This document shows, one piece after another, positions 39,927 through 50,444 of a stretch of 64,000 nucleotides of DNA. The DNA is from Ostreococcus lucimarinus (taxonomy: Eukaryota). Under the pieces are notes generated by a model. It made no database searches. It saw only the letters and a list, made by a program, of their open reading frames with translations, and was not told the origin of the DNA. A program made the translations under genes and the position numbers. The stretch is from NCBI GenBank assembly GCA_000092065.1, contig CP000592.1. The stretch is one strand, 5' to 3'. The stretch's first letter is position 1. Each line of letters begins with the position of its first letter.

Positions 39927-40733
39927 TCACGCCGCGACGTTGGCGTCGGCGTCCGCGTCGGAGGCCTCGGCGCTCGCGCTCGCGCTCGCTCGACTCGTCG
40001 CGCGAAGGCGAAATCGAGACAACCCATCCGCGAGCGAGCTCGCGAGCTTATTCGCGTTCGCCGTGATCGCGGCGCCAAATTTTACCCCAGCTGCGCCTCG
40101 GGCGTCGCCCTCGCCCTCGTCGTGGTCGTCGTCGTCGAAGTAATACGCTCCGGGCGACGTCGGCGACGTCGGCGACGCCGCCGCCGTCTCTCCGCCCTCC
40201 GTCCCTCTCCCCGCGGACATCCGCCACGTCTCCGTGATCGCTCCCACCTTACCGAACAAGCTTCCAAACTGCGTCTTCACGCTCTCCAGCGCCTTCCCGG
40301 CGTGTCGTCCAATCTCTAGTTCCGCGCGTTCCGCGCCCCCCGTCGCTCGCTCGAGCGACGTCAGCGCGTTCTCGATCGACCGCAGCGCGTCCTCGATCGA
40401 GTCGATCAGCGCGTAGTCCCTTCGCACGTTTACCAGCGTTTGTTCGAGCGCGTCTCGAGACGCCGCGCTTCCCCGCCGCGCCTCGTCGCGCGCGCGCTGG
40501 ACGCTCCGTTCCGTCTCGTCGAGTCGCGCGAGCAAGACTTCGACCGTTTGCGTCAGCGACTCGGCGTACTCGCGCGCGGACGCGCTCGTGCGGTCGCACG
40601 CGTCGGCGACGTCGCGGCACAGGTCGTTTCGCAGCGTCGCGTCGTCCAGCGCGCGCATCGCCGCGTCGCCGACTGCGGACGATCGAAGACGATGATGATG
40701 ATGAATGCGCGAAACGTTTCGAGCGCCGCACAC
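39927..40733 (-). CDS. Hypothetical coiled-coil protein
   Basis: 268-aa ORF with heptad-like helical segments. No recognisable domain. Confidence 0.35.
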   Translation of the reverse strand: MCGARNVSRIHHHHRLRSSAVGDAAMRALDDATLRNDLCRDVADACDRTSASAREYAESLTQTVEVLLARLDETERSVQRARDEARRGSAASRDALEQTLVNVRRDYALIDSIEDALRSIENALTSLERATGGAERAELEIGRHAGKALESVKTQFGSLFGKVGAITETWRMSAGRGTEGGETAAASPTSPTSPGAYYFDDDDHDEGEGDARGAAGVKFGAAITANANKLASSLADGLSRFRLRATSRASASASAEASDADADANVAA

Positions 40734-40747
40734 GGCGCCGCGGCGCG

Positions 40748-40892
40748 ATGCGCGCGCGCGCGGGCGACGACGCGAGCGCGGACGTGCGAGAGGAGGAAGA
40801 CTTCGAGGTCGACGACGCGATGGACGACGCGAGCGACGACGAGAGCGATGACGAGAGCGGTGACGAGAGCGACGAGAGCGACGACGACGCGA

Positions 40893-40927
<35 letters not shown>

Positions 40928-43279
40928 GAAGACGACCGCAGCGTTCGTCGCGACCGTTGGGACGAGTTTTATCGGCTCAGATCCATGATCGACGACACCG
41001 ACGAGGGCCGCGTCGCGCGAGCGATGGCGCTGAGAGCCTTCCAGGACGAGGTTCGAGCGATGTACGCTCCCGAGAACCTTCATAGCGGTGAGTCGGATAG
41101 CGACTACGAGAACGGAAACGAGAGCGTGAGCGTGGACTCGGGAATGTTTCACGAGGGAGAGTCGTCGGAGGACGAAGTCGACGACGAAGTCCCCGCCGGG
41201 CCGTTCGTGACGTACGGAGACTACCAGGATCTTCGGAGGTTGCATGAACAGTACGACCATTGTGAGGAACGGTTGCGTATTGGGGGGAATAAGGATGAAT
41301 TTCATCATCAAGTCGCGGATTGTCTGTGCGCGTTTCCGCGCCATCGACGATTGGCGACCAAGTACTTGTCGCACTCGGAACGGACAAAACCGCGCGCGAT
41401 GGATAGGCGCGAATTCTACGAGGACTATACGTGCTCCGATCTAAAGTATTTTGTCTCTGGAGAGGCTGTCATGCTACGTAACGGATTCAAGCTAGCTGCG
41501 CACACCAACGAACCGAGATACAGCGACGACGATCGCGTTCCGTTTACAGTGTATAGCATGGCGTACGACGAGGAGTCACGCACCCTCGCGGTGTGCGGGA
41601 CGGGATCACAAAATACGCGCGCGTACAACGTCATGGTATACCGTTGCGAGCAGAGCGAGACGGATACAGTGGTCGAGCGTATCGAAGAAGACATGGGTGG
41701 TTTGATGGCCCTCGCCCATAACCCTGGGCGAGTTTGGTCGAATGGGCAGCGCGAGGTTGGAGCGATGTGGAAGGACGACGACCCGGCGTGGGATTTCGTT
41801 CAACTCTGCAAGGCTAACATTGGCTTCGAATATGGTCACGATGATTATTCGGACGACGACGACTACGATCCTTTCCACGAAGACTCCATGCACGAGGTCG
41901 AACAGGCAAATTGTGTTCGATTCGGCTGGTTAGAGGACCCTAGAGAACCCGGAAAACCGCGCGAGTTGCGCCTCATTCTTTCGAGCAATGACGGGCACGT
42001 ATACGTGTGCCGTTTAGATGAAAATGACCGTGCCATCCTAGGAGCTTCACCGTACAAACTGGAGAAAGACTTCGTTATCGACAACCCAGTGCCCGTGAAC
42101 TGTGCAGTGGCATCGCCGTGTGGCAAGTTCATAGCGTTTTCGGGTGACTCACACTATGTCTGCTTGAAGGAATTCAGTCTGAGAGAGGCAGGGGACGATG
42201 GTTTAGCGGTATACTGTAGATGCAGTGAGTCAGGCAGCAGATCGGCGAGATCATATGTCGACGCCGGCGCCGAGTATAGCTTTCGCATTCCATGTGCTGA
42301 TGACAACGATGAAAGGATGAGTAGCCAGTACTTGACGTATAGCGGAGACGGTCGTTACTTGGCGGCAACGAGCGATGCATACCACTCTGTCACGGTTTGG
42401 CGCGTTGAGAACGTGATCGGTTATAGAGGCGAGGCAGTAGACGGCATTTACCCGATCGCACACTTCTACGCGTGTACATATGCGTGCTTACCGGTGACTT
42501 TTTCAATTTCGAACCCATCCATCATGATTTGGGCAGAGCGCGGGGCGAAGTTGCACGTGTTTGACTGCGCAGAGGCCGAGGAACACCGCGAGGAAATGCT
42601 CAACATAAGAGACGATTTCCTGGAAAAGTTTGGATCTGAGGCGGAGCTTCGCGAGCGTCTGCGACGCGAAAAAGCATCATTCACGAAAGAACACGACGGC
42701 CGCGATGATTATTTCTTTGGCTCTGCAGAGCCCACTAGTAAGGATTACGCCGATCCGGATGCTCTAGCAATGTGTGCGTTTGTCGACATGACGCGGAAGT
42801 CACGATTGCAAGCGGGGTGGTACAAACCAAATCTATCGCTCCGCGAACGCTACGAAGTTTGGCGCAACAGCTTGGTCGACAAGAACACTGGCAAGCACTT
42901 CTCCATTCAAACAATACGTTACGGTGTGCATAGAACGTTCATCACTGGGCTAAGCGTAAGTCAAGGCGTACCGATCCAAAAGGAAAGCGATGTGTCGATG
43001 GACGAGCATGTCTCGGATGTAATCTTGTACTCGAGTGGTACCGCCGTGCACAAGCTAGAGTTGCAAACGGGACTGCGCCGAGACATGAAAAACTTTCAAG
43101 ATTTCTCACGTTCTTTCCAGCGCGCCGTGGTAGCATTTTTGCTTTGCGTCAAACGTAGTCGCCGAAATTCGAGTGGAGATATTTGTCTCGCCGATTTGCC
43201 GAGCGATGTGATTCGCGACATCATCGCGAAGATGGCGATGCCAGTGTACAAATGGCGACAGAAACCTCACGTTCGGTGA
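40748..43279 (+). CDS. Large hypothetical protein with an acidic Asp/Ser N-terminus and an F-box-like C-terminal motif
   Basis: 843-aa ORF. The DDDDDDDDDG tract near the N-terminus is GC-rich, while the body is about 52-57 percent GC. C-terminal ICLADLPSDVIRDIIAKM. No confident domain. Confidence 0.5.
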
Positions 43280-43353
43280 GACGAAGATTGTACGTTACAG
43301 TAGCGAATCCGATCGATAAATTTGTAATGGATACGACAAGAACTAGAACAGCG

Positions 43354-44685
43354 CTATGTCGAAACTTTGTAAATGTCCTGTAACCACACGAATAAGATGC
43401 AGTAGCCCGCGAAGAGGAGATACGCGACGAGGAAGGCGCCCCCAGCGCGACGAGTGAGTCGCCAGCCATTAAAAAATAACGCGAAATAGTACATGGCTAG
43501 CACGCCAAAGAGAATACCGATGGAAGGCATGAGCTGAGATGTCTCGATGAGTACTCGGCCGCCTGGCTTTGTCGGTAAAATGATGAGCCAAGGAAGACCG
43601 AGGCCGAGCCAAATGTCAAACACGTTGCTGCCGACGGCGTTCGCTACGGCCATGTCGCCTTCGCCGGCTTTCGCCACGGCAATGGAACCGAGAGCATCTG
43701 GGATCGAGGTACCGGCGGCGACGACCAACATTCCCATGACGACTTCGGGGATCCCGATTATGCATCCCATGCGAGCGGCCCATGAAACCATAAAGTAGGA
43801 AATCACGCTGATCCATGAGATGGACGCGAGGAAGGCGACGACGAACCACTTCTCGAGATGGCGCTTTGAGCAGTCTGGAATGGTGTAATGAAATGCATAT
43901 CTCCACGGTAGGCCCAGGACGTGTAATGGAACCGCGGCCATGGAATCGGGCCATTCGAATCCTTCATCGACACCGTGAGTTTCCTCCTTCGTCGGTCTTC
44001 GAGACTGTCGACGCGTATCTGCGCGTCGCAAGACTGGCATCGCCAGGGGCGCCGGCTCGGGATTCGGTTGTTTCGCACCTTTACCACTCATCCATCGCAT
44101 AATTTTTTCGTTGTAACACATGAAACAGACATACGTGAAGTACAATATAACTGAAATCAGCCCCTCGTACCAGTACACTTCACCGTCGTGAAAGATCAGC
44201 AGAATGGTTGTAATGGCGAGGGCGTAAAACGAGCAATCGCGCGTCACCGGTCGCCAATCCAACTCGAGCGTCTGACCAGCGCAGAGCACCGTGGCACCTA
44301 TGATGAAGAGTATGTTGAAAACTGCGGAACCAACGATTGCGCTAATTCCAATCTCATTCGTAGCGTCGGGGGATATCAAGCTCATCCCAGAGGAGAAGAG
44401 TTCTGGAGCAGACGATCCCGCCGCCATGAACGTCGCGCCTGCGACGTCTTCGCTCAGGTTGAGCTTGTCGCAAATCTTTTCCAACGAAGCCACGAAGTAA
44501 TCGTCGCATACGATGGCTATGCCTAAAAACATGTATAAGATACCGATTACGTACAGCGTCCAGCCACCTTGATGAATCCAATCTGGGTACTCGTCAGAGC
44601 ATCCGCCGCTCGAGGCGAGCCGGCGCGAATGCGCCATTGGCGACGACATTACGCGATCAACCCCGTAGAGCAGTTGATAAGACAC
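43354..44685 (-). CDS. Cation/calcium exchanger of the CaCA superfamily (NCKX/CCX-like)
   Basis: Alpha-1 (GATFMAAGSSAPELFSS) and alpha-2 (GTSIPDALGSIAVAKAG) repeat motifs. About 11 TM helices. Confidence 0.8.
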   Translation of the reverse strand: MSYQLLYGVDRVMSSPMAHSRRLASSGGCSDEYPDWIHQGGWTLYVIGILYMFLGIAIVCDDYFVASLEKICDKLNLSEDVAGATFMAAGSSAPELFSSGMSLISPDATNEIGISAIVGSAVFNILFIIGATVLCAGQTLELDWRPVTRDCSFYALAITTILLIFHDGEVYWYEGLISVILYFTYVCFMCYNEKIMRWMSGKGAKQPNPEPAPLAMPVLRRADTRRQSRRPTKEETHGVDEGFEWPDSMAAVPLHVLGLPWRYAFHYTIPDCSKRHLEKWFVVAFLASISWISVISYFMVSWAARMGCIIGIPEVVMGMLVVAAGTSIPDALGSIAVAKAGEGDMAVANAVGSNVFDIWLGLGLPWLIILPTKPGGRVLIETSQLMPSIGILFGVLAMYYFALFFNGWRLTRRAGGAFLVAYLLFAGYCILFVWLQDIYKVST

Positions 44686-45074
44686 CGTACAAAACGATAT
44701 TAAAGCGATTGAAGTGCATCTACGGTCGCGAGTCGCGAGATCAAGACGCTCGACGTGTTAGTCAATCCGAGTCTGAGTCGAAGTTGGGTCTTTACGCTCG
44801 CTCGCCGACACAATACGTACACGAAAATACGCCACGAACGACGCGTGCGCGTGCGGAGCGCGCGTCGTTGACGCAGTACACTCGTCGTTTTCGACATTTC
44901 AAGTTCGATGCTCTCGCACGGCGCGCGCGTACACTCAGGTCTCGTTCGCGCGAGAGTCATAAAAATAGCCAAATGTTACCGTCGCTCTGAAATAAATAAC
45001 AACATCTCGGTTCGGCGCCGGCAATCGATGCGACTAAAACTACCATGGTACAACACGCATACGATTAATATCCA

Positions 45075-45728
45075 TCACTCAAATTTCGCCACGTACGGCA
45101 AAACTAACCTTCGCAGCGTCGCGCTTTCGTCTTGTTCGACTCGCGTCAGCAACGCCGCGCGCGCCAACTCCTCCCCATCCCGCGTTCGCGCGATTACCTC
45201 GAACGCCCCGACGTTCAACGCATCGTGTCGAATCACAGAGCTCAGATCGACCGCATCGAACGCGCACATCACCTCTATTTCGTCGGCGGCGCCACCGCCG
45301 CCGCTCAAAGCCGTCGCTCTCGCCTCTTCGCCGGCAGCCACCACCCTCGCGCGTGCGCGCGCGTGCGCGACGTCACAAGCGAAAGAACACTCGAACGTGC
45401 AATTCTCTACCTCGCGCAAACCGACGAATCGCGCGCGAATGACACCCGCGGCGTCGAGCTTCGCCCAACTCTCTAACCCAGCGCCAAAGAATTTCCGTCG
45501 CCCGTTCGCGCCTATCGCGCTCGCGTCGTCCGTGACCCCGTCCGACGTCGTGCACTCATCCAGCGTCGTCTCTGAAAACGCGCACGACGCGCAGCGCGCC
45601 ATGCGAACCGCGCGACACACTGTGTGAACGTTGCGAGGAGATTTAAATCGCTTTATGCCGCACTTTGCAGCGCCTCGCGAGCATCGCCGCGCGCTTCGAC
45701 GCTCGAGGTGATCGTCGAACGCGAACAC
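45075..45728 (-). CDS. Hypothetical protein
   Basis: 217-aa ORF with no recognisable motifs. Coding status is uncertain. Confidence 0.25.
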   Translation of the reverse strand: MFAFDDHLERRSARRCSRGAAKCGIKRFKSPRNVHTVCRAVRMARCASCAFSETTLDECTTSDGVTDDASAIGANGRRKFFGAGLESWAKLDAAGVIRARFVGLREVENCTFECSFACDVAHARARARVVAAGEEARATALSGGGGAADEIEVMCAFDAVDLSSVIRHDALNVGAFEVIARTRDGEELARAALLTRVEQDESATLRRLVLPYVAKFE

Positions 45729-46332
45729 GAAACGTGCGCGACGCGTGTGCGACGCGAATCGCGGCGTGAACGCGCGGCGGCGACCCGAGAGCTTCGGGAC
45801 GACGTTTCAGAGAAGCGTGACGTCTGAGGGTTCGCGGTCGGTGCTGAAGCTCTGACGCGCGACGCGACGGTGCGAAGCGCGCGCGGGGGCGAACGATACG
45901 TGCGCGAGAAATTCTCGTGGCGAACGCGCGCGAAACACGCGCCGTACGACGCGAGACGGGCGCGTGAGAATCGTAAAGTTCGGAACTTTTTGGGGCCGGA
46001 TAAAGGCTGAGCCTGAGAAAGCGCACGCGACGACTTGCAACGGGGCGCGTGCATTCGCATACGAGATTTGGACACAAAAGCGGTCGTGAACGTAAATGCG
46101 AACGGAGATTGAAACGAGATACGAACGCTTGAAGGCGTTGGTGGTCGTGAATACGCGACATTTGGACGCCGGTCGAGGTGGGGAGGCGCGCGAGGGCGCC
46201 GAGCCGAACGACGTGACGCAGTTGAGCGCGGGTGGAGGCCAGGTTTAGGCGAACTATCGAAGGCTGAGTCGTATTAGTTAGAAGGTTTAGGAACGCCTGG
46301 GGCTGATCGCGGGAATCGCTGACGCTACCGTC

Positions 46333-47703
46333 ATGACGGAGACCCTGAGCCGAACGGCGACGCCGAGACCTTCGACGCCGAGCGTGTTGTCGCTGCATCA
46401 ACTCGATGATCTTGACAGCGACAAAAGTTCGGCGAAAGTCGGGGCACTGTCACGCACGTCGAAGTTTCAACTCCCGAAGATCGGATACTTGAAACACGAA
46501 GCCGTGCAAGTGTTCAAGCGCGTGCGTTCGTTTGGGTCTTTTCAAGATCTCATCGTTCCCGACATTGATGGGTACGCTTCGAGCGTGTCCGACGACGAAG
46601 ACGATGACAACGACTCTTGGGGTCTTTCTGGTTACGTCACCGACGCGAGTGAATTCGATCGCATTTTGATCTCCGCGTGGGAAGATCGATTCGCCGGCGG
46701 CTTGTTTCGGTACGACGTCACCGCGGTCAGCACAAAGGTTATAGACGGCAAAAAGAAGTACGTCGCGCAGTTCAACATCGGTCGAGCGACGAATAAACGC
46801 CCGACAGAGTTTTCTGTGGATAAGGTTTGCCAAGACTTTGACGCGAACAAGTTCAACTTCACGAAAGCGGATCTCAAAGAGGTGCTCTTTTCTTTCACCA
46901 AGCTCGCTGGTGAGGCGGACGAAAACGTCAGTCGCTCTGTGTTTGAACCGTCAGCAGCCGTGGGTGAGAGCCCGACCGTGGTTCTGATCAATGTTTCGCC
47001 GATCGAGTACGGACACGTGCTGCTTTGTCCTCGCGTGACAGACATGCTTCCGCAGCAAATCAGCCCAGAAAATTTGCTTCCGGCGCTGTACATGGCGGCT
47101 GAATCGCGAAATCCGTACTTCCGCGTAGGATACAACTCCCTCGGAGCGTACGCGACGATCAATCATCTTCATTTTCAGGCGTACTATCTCATGGAAGCGT
47201 TTCCCATCGAGCGTGCGAACACGGTCGAAATCTTCCCGGGTACGCATGGCGACTGCACCGTATACCGCGTGAACGGTTACCCGGTGCGCTGCTTGTGCTT
47301 TGAAGTCGGCGATTCCTTCGAAGAGCTCGCCTCGCTCGTGGGTGGATGCGCCGTGAAGTTGCAAGGGGCGAACATTCCGTTTAACATTTTGATCGCCGAT
47401 CACGGCGCGAGAGTGTTTTTGATCCCTCAGGTCTTTTCGATTCGCATCGCGAACAACAAAATTCCAGAGCACGTCATTCACACGGGCGTAAATCCGGCGG
47501 TGTTTGAAATATCTGGACATCTTCTCTACAAACAAGAATCGGACTACGATCAGTGCACCGAGACTAGTGCAGAGGAGCTTTTGGCGTGCGCATCGTTGAC
47601 TGAAGAGCAGTTCGTTAAGCTCATCGACCACACAGTGGGCGATAAAAAATCAAACGAAGACGCCGTCGCGGCGTTGGCTTCTATTGTTGAGTCTGAGTTG
47701 TGA
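46333..47703 (+). CDS. VTC2: GDP-L-galactose phosphorylase (VTC2/VTC5-type), ascorbate biosynthesis
   Basis: ILISAWEDRFAGGLFRYDVTAVSTKVIDGKKKYVAQFN parallels Arabidopsis VTC2. HIT-like INHLHFQAYYL motif. Confidence 0.8.
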   Translation: MTETLSRTATPRPSTPSVLSLHQLDDLDSDKSSAKVGALSRTSKFQLPKIGYLKHEAVQVFKRVRSFGSFQDLIVPDIDGYASSVSDDEDDDNDSWGLSGYVTDASEFDRILISAWEDRFAGGLFRYDVTAVSTKVIDGKKKYVAQFNIGRATNKRPTEFSVDKVCQDFDANKFNFTKADLKEVLFSFTKLAGEADENVSRSVFEPSAAVGESPTVVLINVSPIEYGHVLLCPRVTDMLPQQISPENLLPALYMAAESRNPYFRVGYNSLGAYATINHLHFQAYYLMEAFPIERANTVEIFPGTHGDCTVYRVNGYPVRCLCFEVGDSFEELASLVGGCAVKLQGANIPFNILIADHGARVFLIPQVFSIRIANNKIPEHVIHTGVNPAVFEISGHLLYKQESDYDQCTETSAEELLACASLTEEQFVKLIDHTVGDKKSNEDAVAALASIVESEL

Positions 47704-47924
47704 AGACGCAGACGTTACTTTGATTGCTCGGGCGAGTTGAACGTTCTCACGCGTCCAGCCGTATATCACCACCATCTGATTCTATTTTTTCATTGACAAC
47801 ATTGCACGTAGGCGCGTTGCCGCGGATTCCAGCGCGCTCGTCAGACGCCTTTTTGACGCACAGTTTTTTCGTTTGGTAGCGGATTAAACGTGTTTTGCTA
47901 TATCATATATCATATATCAGTTAT

Positions 47925-49268
47925 CTACTTGCGGTGCGCCGCGCCGATGGCGTCTTGCACACTCTTGAAACCGTCGCGCGCCAAGCACTCCTCGAGTTCT
48001 CGCTTGATTCTAGGTATCAAAGGCGGACCTTCGAAGGCAAACGCGGTGTACAACTGCACCAACGACGCGCCCGCGCGAATCTTTGCGTACGCGTCTTCGC
48101 CGCTGGCGATGCCGCCGCATCCCACCAAGGTGATTTTGCCGCCCGTGAGCTTGTACAGGTCGTGCAACACCTTAGTGCTCGGCTCCATGAGCGGTTTACC
48201 GCTCAGACCGCCCGCTTCGTCGCCGTGCGCGTGCGCTTTGATGGCGTCCGGTCGCGCGATGGTGGTGTTGCTCACGATGACTCCGTCGACCTTTTCGCTC
48301 TTCACCACGCTCGCGATATCCCTCAACGCGGCGTCGGTGAGATCGGGGGCGATTTTCACCAACACCGGCGTCTTCGCGGTGCCCGGATTTTTGTCGCGCG
48401 CGTCCAAAACCTTGCGCAGCAACCCGCTCAAATGCTTGCGACCTTGCAAGTTTCTCAAACCCGGCGTGTTCGGCGAGGAAATGTTCACGACGATGTAATC
48501 GCCGAATTCCCCGATATTCTCCACCCCCAAGACGTAATCATCCGCCGCGTTGTCTTCAGGAGTGAGCTTATTCTTCCCGAGATTTACGCCGAGCACCCCG
48601 CGCGGCTCCGCCGTCGCGTCGTCGCCCTCGGCGGCGACGGCGTCGCGCCGCCTCGCCAATCGCGTCCTCGCGCTCTCGTGTCCCTGGCTGTTGAACCCAT
48701 ACCGATTGATCACCGCCCCGTGTTCGCGCAGGCGGAACGCGCGCGGTTTCGGATTCCCCGGCTGCGGCTTCGGCGTCACGCTCCCGATCTCCACGAACCC
48801 GAATCCCACCCTCAGCAACGCCTCGAACGCCCTCGCGTCCTTATCGAATCCCGCCGCCAGACCGATCGGGTTCGAAAACGTCGTCCCGAGCGCCTCCACG
48901 CGCAGCGCCTCCCCGTCTCGCCGCCTTCGTCTCGGTCCCAGTCCCAGCGCGAGCGCCGCCACCGCGACGTCGTGCGCCGTCTCCGCGTCGAGCGCTCGCA
49001 GCGCCGGCGTCGCCGCGCCGTACGCCGCGAACTCCGCGTCCTCCGCCCAGTCTCCGTCCGCGAATCGCACCGCCGCCATCGCGCCGCAGACGCCGAGCGC
49101 GCCGGCCGCGAGCGTCGAGATTCCGCCTCGGCGCGCGCGCGGCGCCGTCGCGCAATCATCCGCCGCGCGCGACGCGAACGCGCGCGCGCCGTCGCTCGCG
49201 CCGCGATGGCGAACGGCGCGCAGCGCGATTTCGACGCCGCGACGCGCGGCGCGCCGACCGGCGTCCAT
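47925..49268 (-). CDS. Dihydroorotate dehydrogenase (quinone), class 2
   Basis: NPIGLAAGFDKDARAFEALLRVGFGFVEIGSVTPKPQPGNPKPRAFRL and the C-terminal FMN-binding blocks (VIVSNTT, LVGCGGIASGEDAYAKIRAGASLVQLYTAF). Confidence 0.85.
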   Translation of the reverse strand: MDAGRRAARRGVEIALRAVRHRGASDGARAFASRAADDCATAPRARRGGISTLAAGALGVCGAMAAVRFADGDWAEDAEFAAYGAATPALRALDAETAHDVAVAALALGLGPRRRRRDGEALRVEALGTTFSNPIGLAAGFDKDARAFEALLRVGFGFVEIGSVTPKPQPGNPKPRAFRLREHGAVINRYGFNSQGHESARTRLARRRDAVAAEGDDATAEPRGVLGVNLGKNKLTPEDNAADDYVLGVENIGEFGDYIVVNISSPNTPGLRNLQGRKHLSGLLRKVLDARDKNPGTAKTPVLVKIAPDLTDAALRDIASVVKSEKVDGVIVSNTTIARPDAIKAHAHGDEAGGLSGKPLMEPSTKVLHDLYKLTGGKITLVGCGGIASGEDAYAKIRAGASLVQLYTAFAFEGPPLIPRIKRELEECLARDGFKSVQDAIGAAHRK

Positions 49269-49598
49269 GGCGACGCGACGCGCGACGGCGAGTGCGGCAC
49301 ATCGCGACGCGAACGCAGAGGTGCGACGGCGCGACGCGAACGCGCATCGCGAGGCGCGACGCGAACGCGATTCGCGAGAGGCGGTCGCGCGTCGCGACGT
49401 CGCGCCGCGTCCGCGCGCGACGCGGCGCGACGCGGCGCGACGCGCGAAAGATTATCCAAAGCGTCGACGTCGACGCGATGACGGCGGCGCGACGACGACG
49501 ACGACGACGACGGGACGACGACGAGAGACGAGGACTGACGATGATGGATGCCGCGCTCCGAACGCGACGCGCAGGCGCGACGCGAACGAATAATCGAG

Positions 49599-50312
49599 AT
49601 GTCGACGACGACGCGCGCGCTCGGGACGCGATCGGCGACGCTCGCGACGACGCGAGGACGCGCGGCGAGACGACGAGGCGGTGCGGTCAGAGCGGAGGGC
49701 GGCGACGCGAGCGCGTGGAAACCGATGGCGGTGACGAAACCGAACTTGGTGAATAATCTGGACGGGAAGACGACGCGAAACATCGATGGGAAGGTGTACA
49801 CGATCGAGGCGAGAGGGGACGAAGTCGCGGTGACGGATAAATTCGGGGCGTCGTTCGAGACGCGAGTGAACAAGGCGGGCGTGATCGAGGCGGACATGTC
49901 GAAGAAGACGGGCGCGAGCGCTGGGGATGACGTGGATTTTGCGTCGTTGCAAATCACCGATTTCGTTGGATTTAACGCCAAGTATAAGATTCCGGAGGTG
50001 GTGAACGGACGCGCGGCGATGGTGGGCGCCGTCTTGGCGTTGCTGTCGAAAATCGGCGGCGGCGGCTCGGTGGCGCATCAAATGTTCACCGCCGGCGGCT
50101 TCAGTTCCATGCTCTTCATCATGGCTGCCGTTACCGCGGCGACGATCGCGCCCGCGGCGACCGGCGCGACGTCTCTTCGCGGCGCCATTCCGGACGAGAA
50201 CGCCACGTTCCCGGACGAGCGCTTGCCCACGACGTGGACGGCGACCGCCGAGGGCGTCAACGGCAAGGTCGCCATGGTGATCCTCACCCTCGCGCTCATC
50301 ACGGGCAACTAA
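49599..50312 (+). CDS. ELIP-type light-harvesting-like (Lhc-like) chlorophyll-binding protein
   Basis: Helix I IPEVVNGRAAMVGAVLALL and helix III AEGVNGKVAMVILTLALITGN both carry the E..NGR/K.AM chlorophyll-binding motif. An Arg/Thr-rich transit peptide precedes them. Confidence 0.7.
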   Translation: MSTTTRALGTRSATLATTRGRAARRRGGAVRAEGGDASAWKPMAVTKPNLVNNLDGKTTRNIDGKVYTIEARGDEVAVTDKFGASFETRVNKAGVIEADMSKKTGASAGDDVDFASLQITDFVGFNAKYKIPEVVNGRAAMVGAVLALLSKIGGGGSVAHQMFTAGGFSSMLFIMAAVTAATIAPAATGATSLRGAIPDENATFPDERLPTTWTATAEGVNGKVAMVILTLALITGN

Positions 50313-50444
50313 TCACGCGCGAGTAGGCCGCTCCGAGGCAAGCATTCATTTTTAATTTTCAAAGCGAGAAAATGACGTATTCGCGCCTTTGCCTAAACAC
50401 GGGTGATGTGAATATTAAATTCGTGTGTCGGGAAACGGGAGCGC

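Noticed and set aside
41250-43280. Apparent GC drop (to about 50 percent) within the body of the large 843-aa ORF, considered as a horizontally acquired island.
   Set aside because: Other well-conserved genes in the window (VTC2, Hsp110) show similar 50-58 percent GC. The extreme GC values belong to intergenic repeats. Not a clear anomaly, unlike the subtelomeric gene at 863..2245.
46113-46265. A 50-codon Arg/Gly-rich upstream ORF containing an ACG codon in the 5' leader of the VTC2/GGP gene. It was examined as a candidate for the conserved ascorbate-sensing uORF known from plant GGP genes.
   Set aside because: I could not recognise any of the conserved peptide blocks I recall from the plant GGP uORF. 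The composition simply mirrors local GC richness. It would need an alignment to the real uORF peptide, so it is not claimed.
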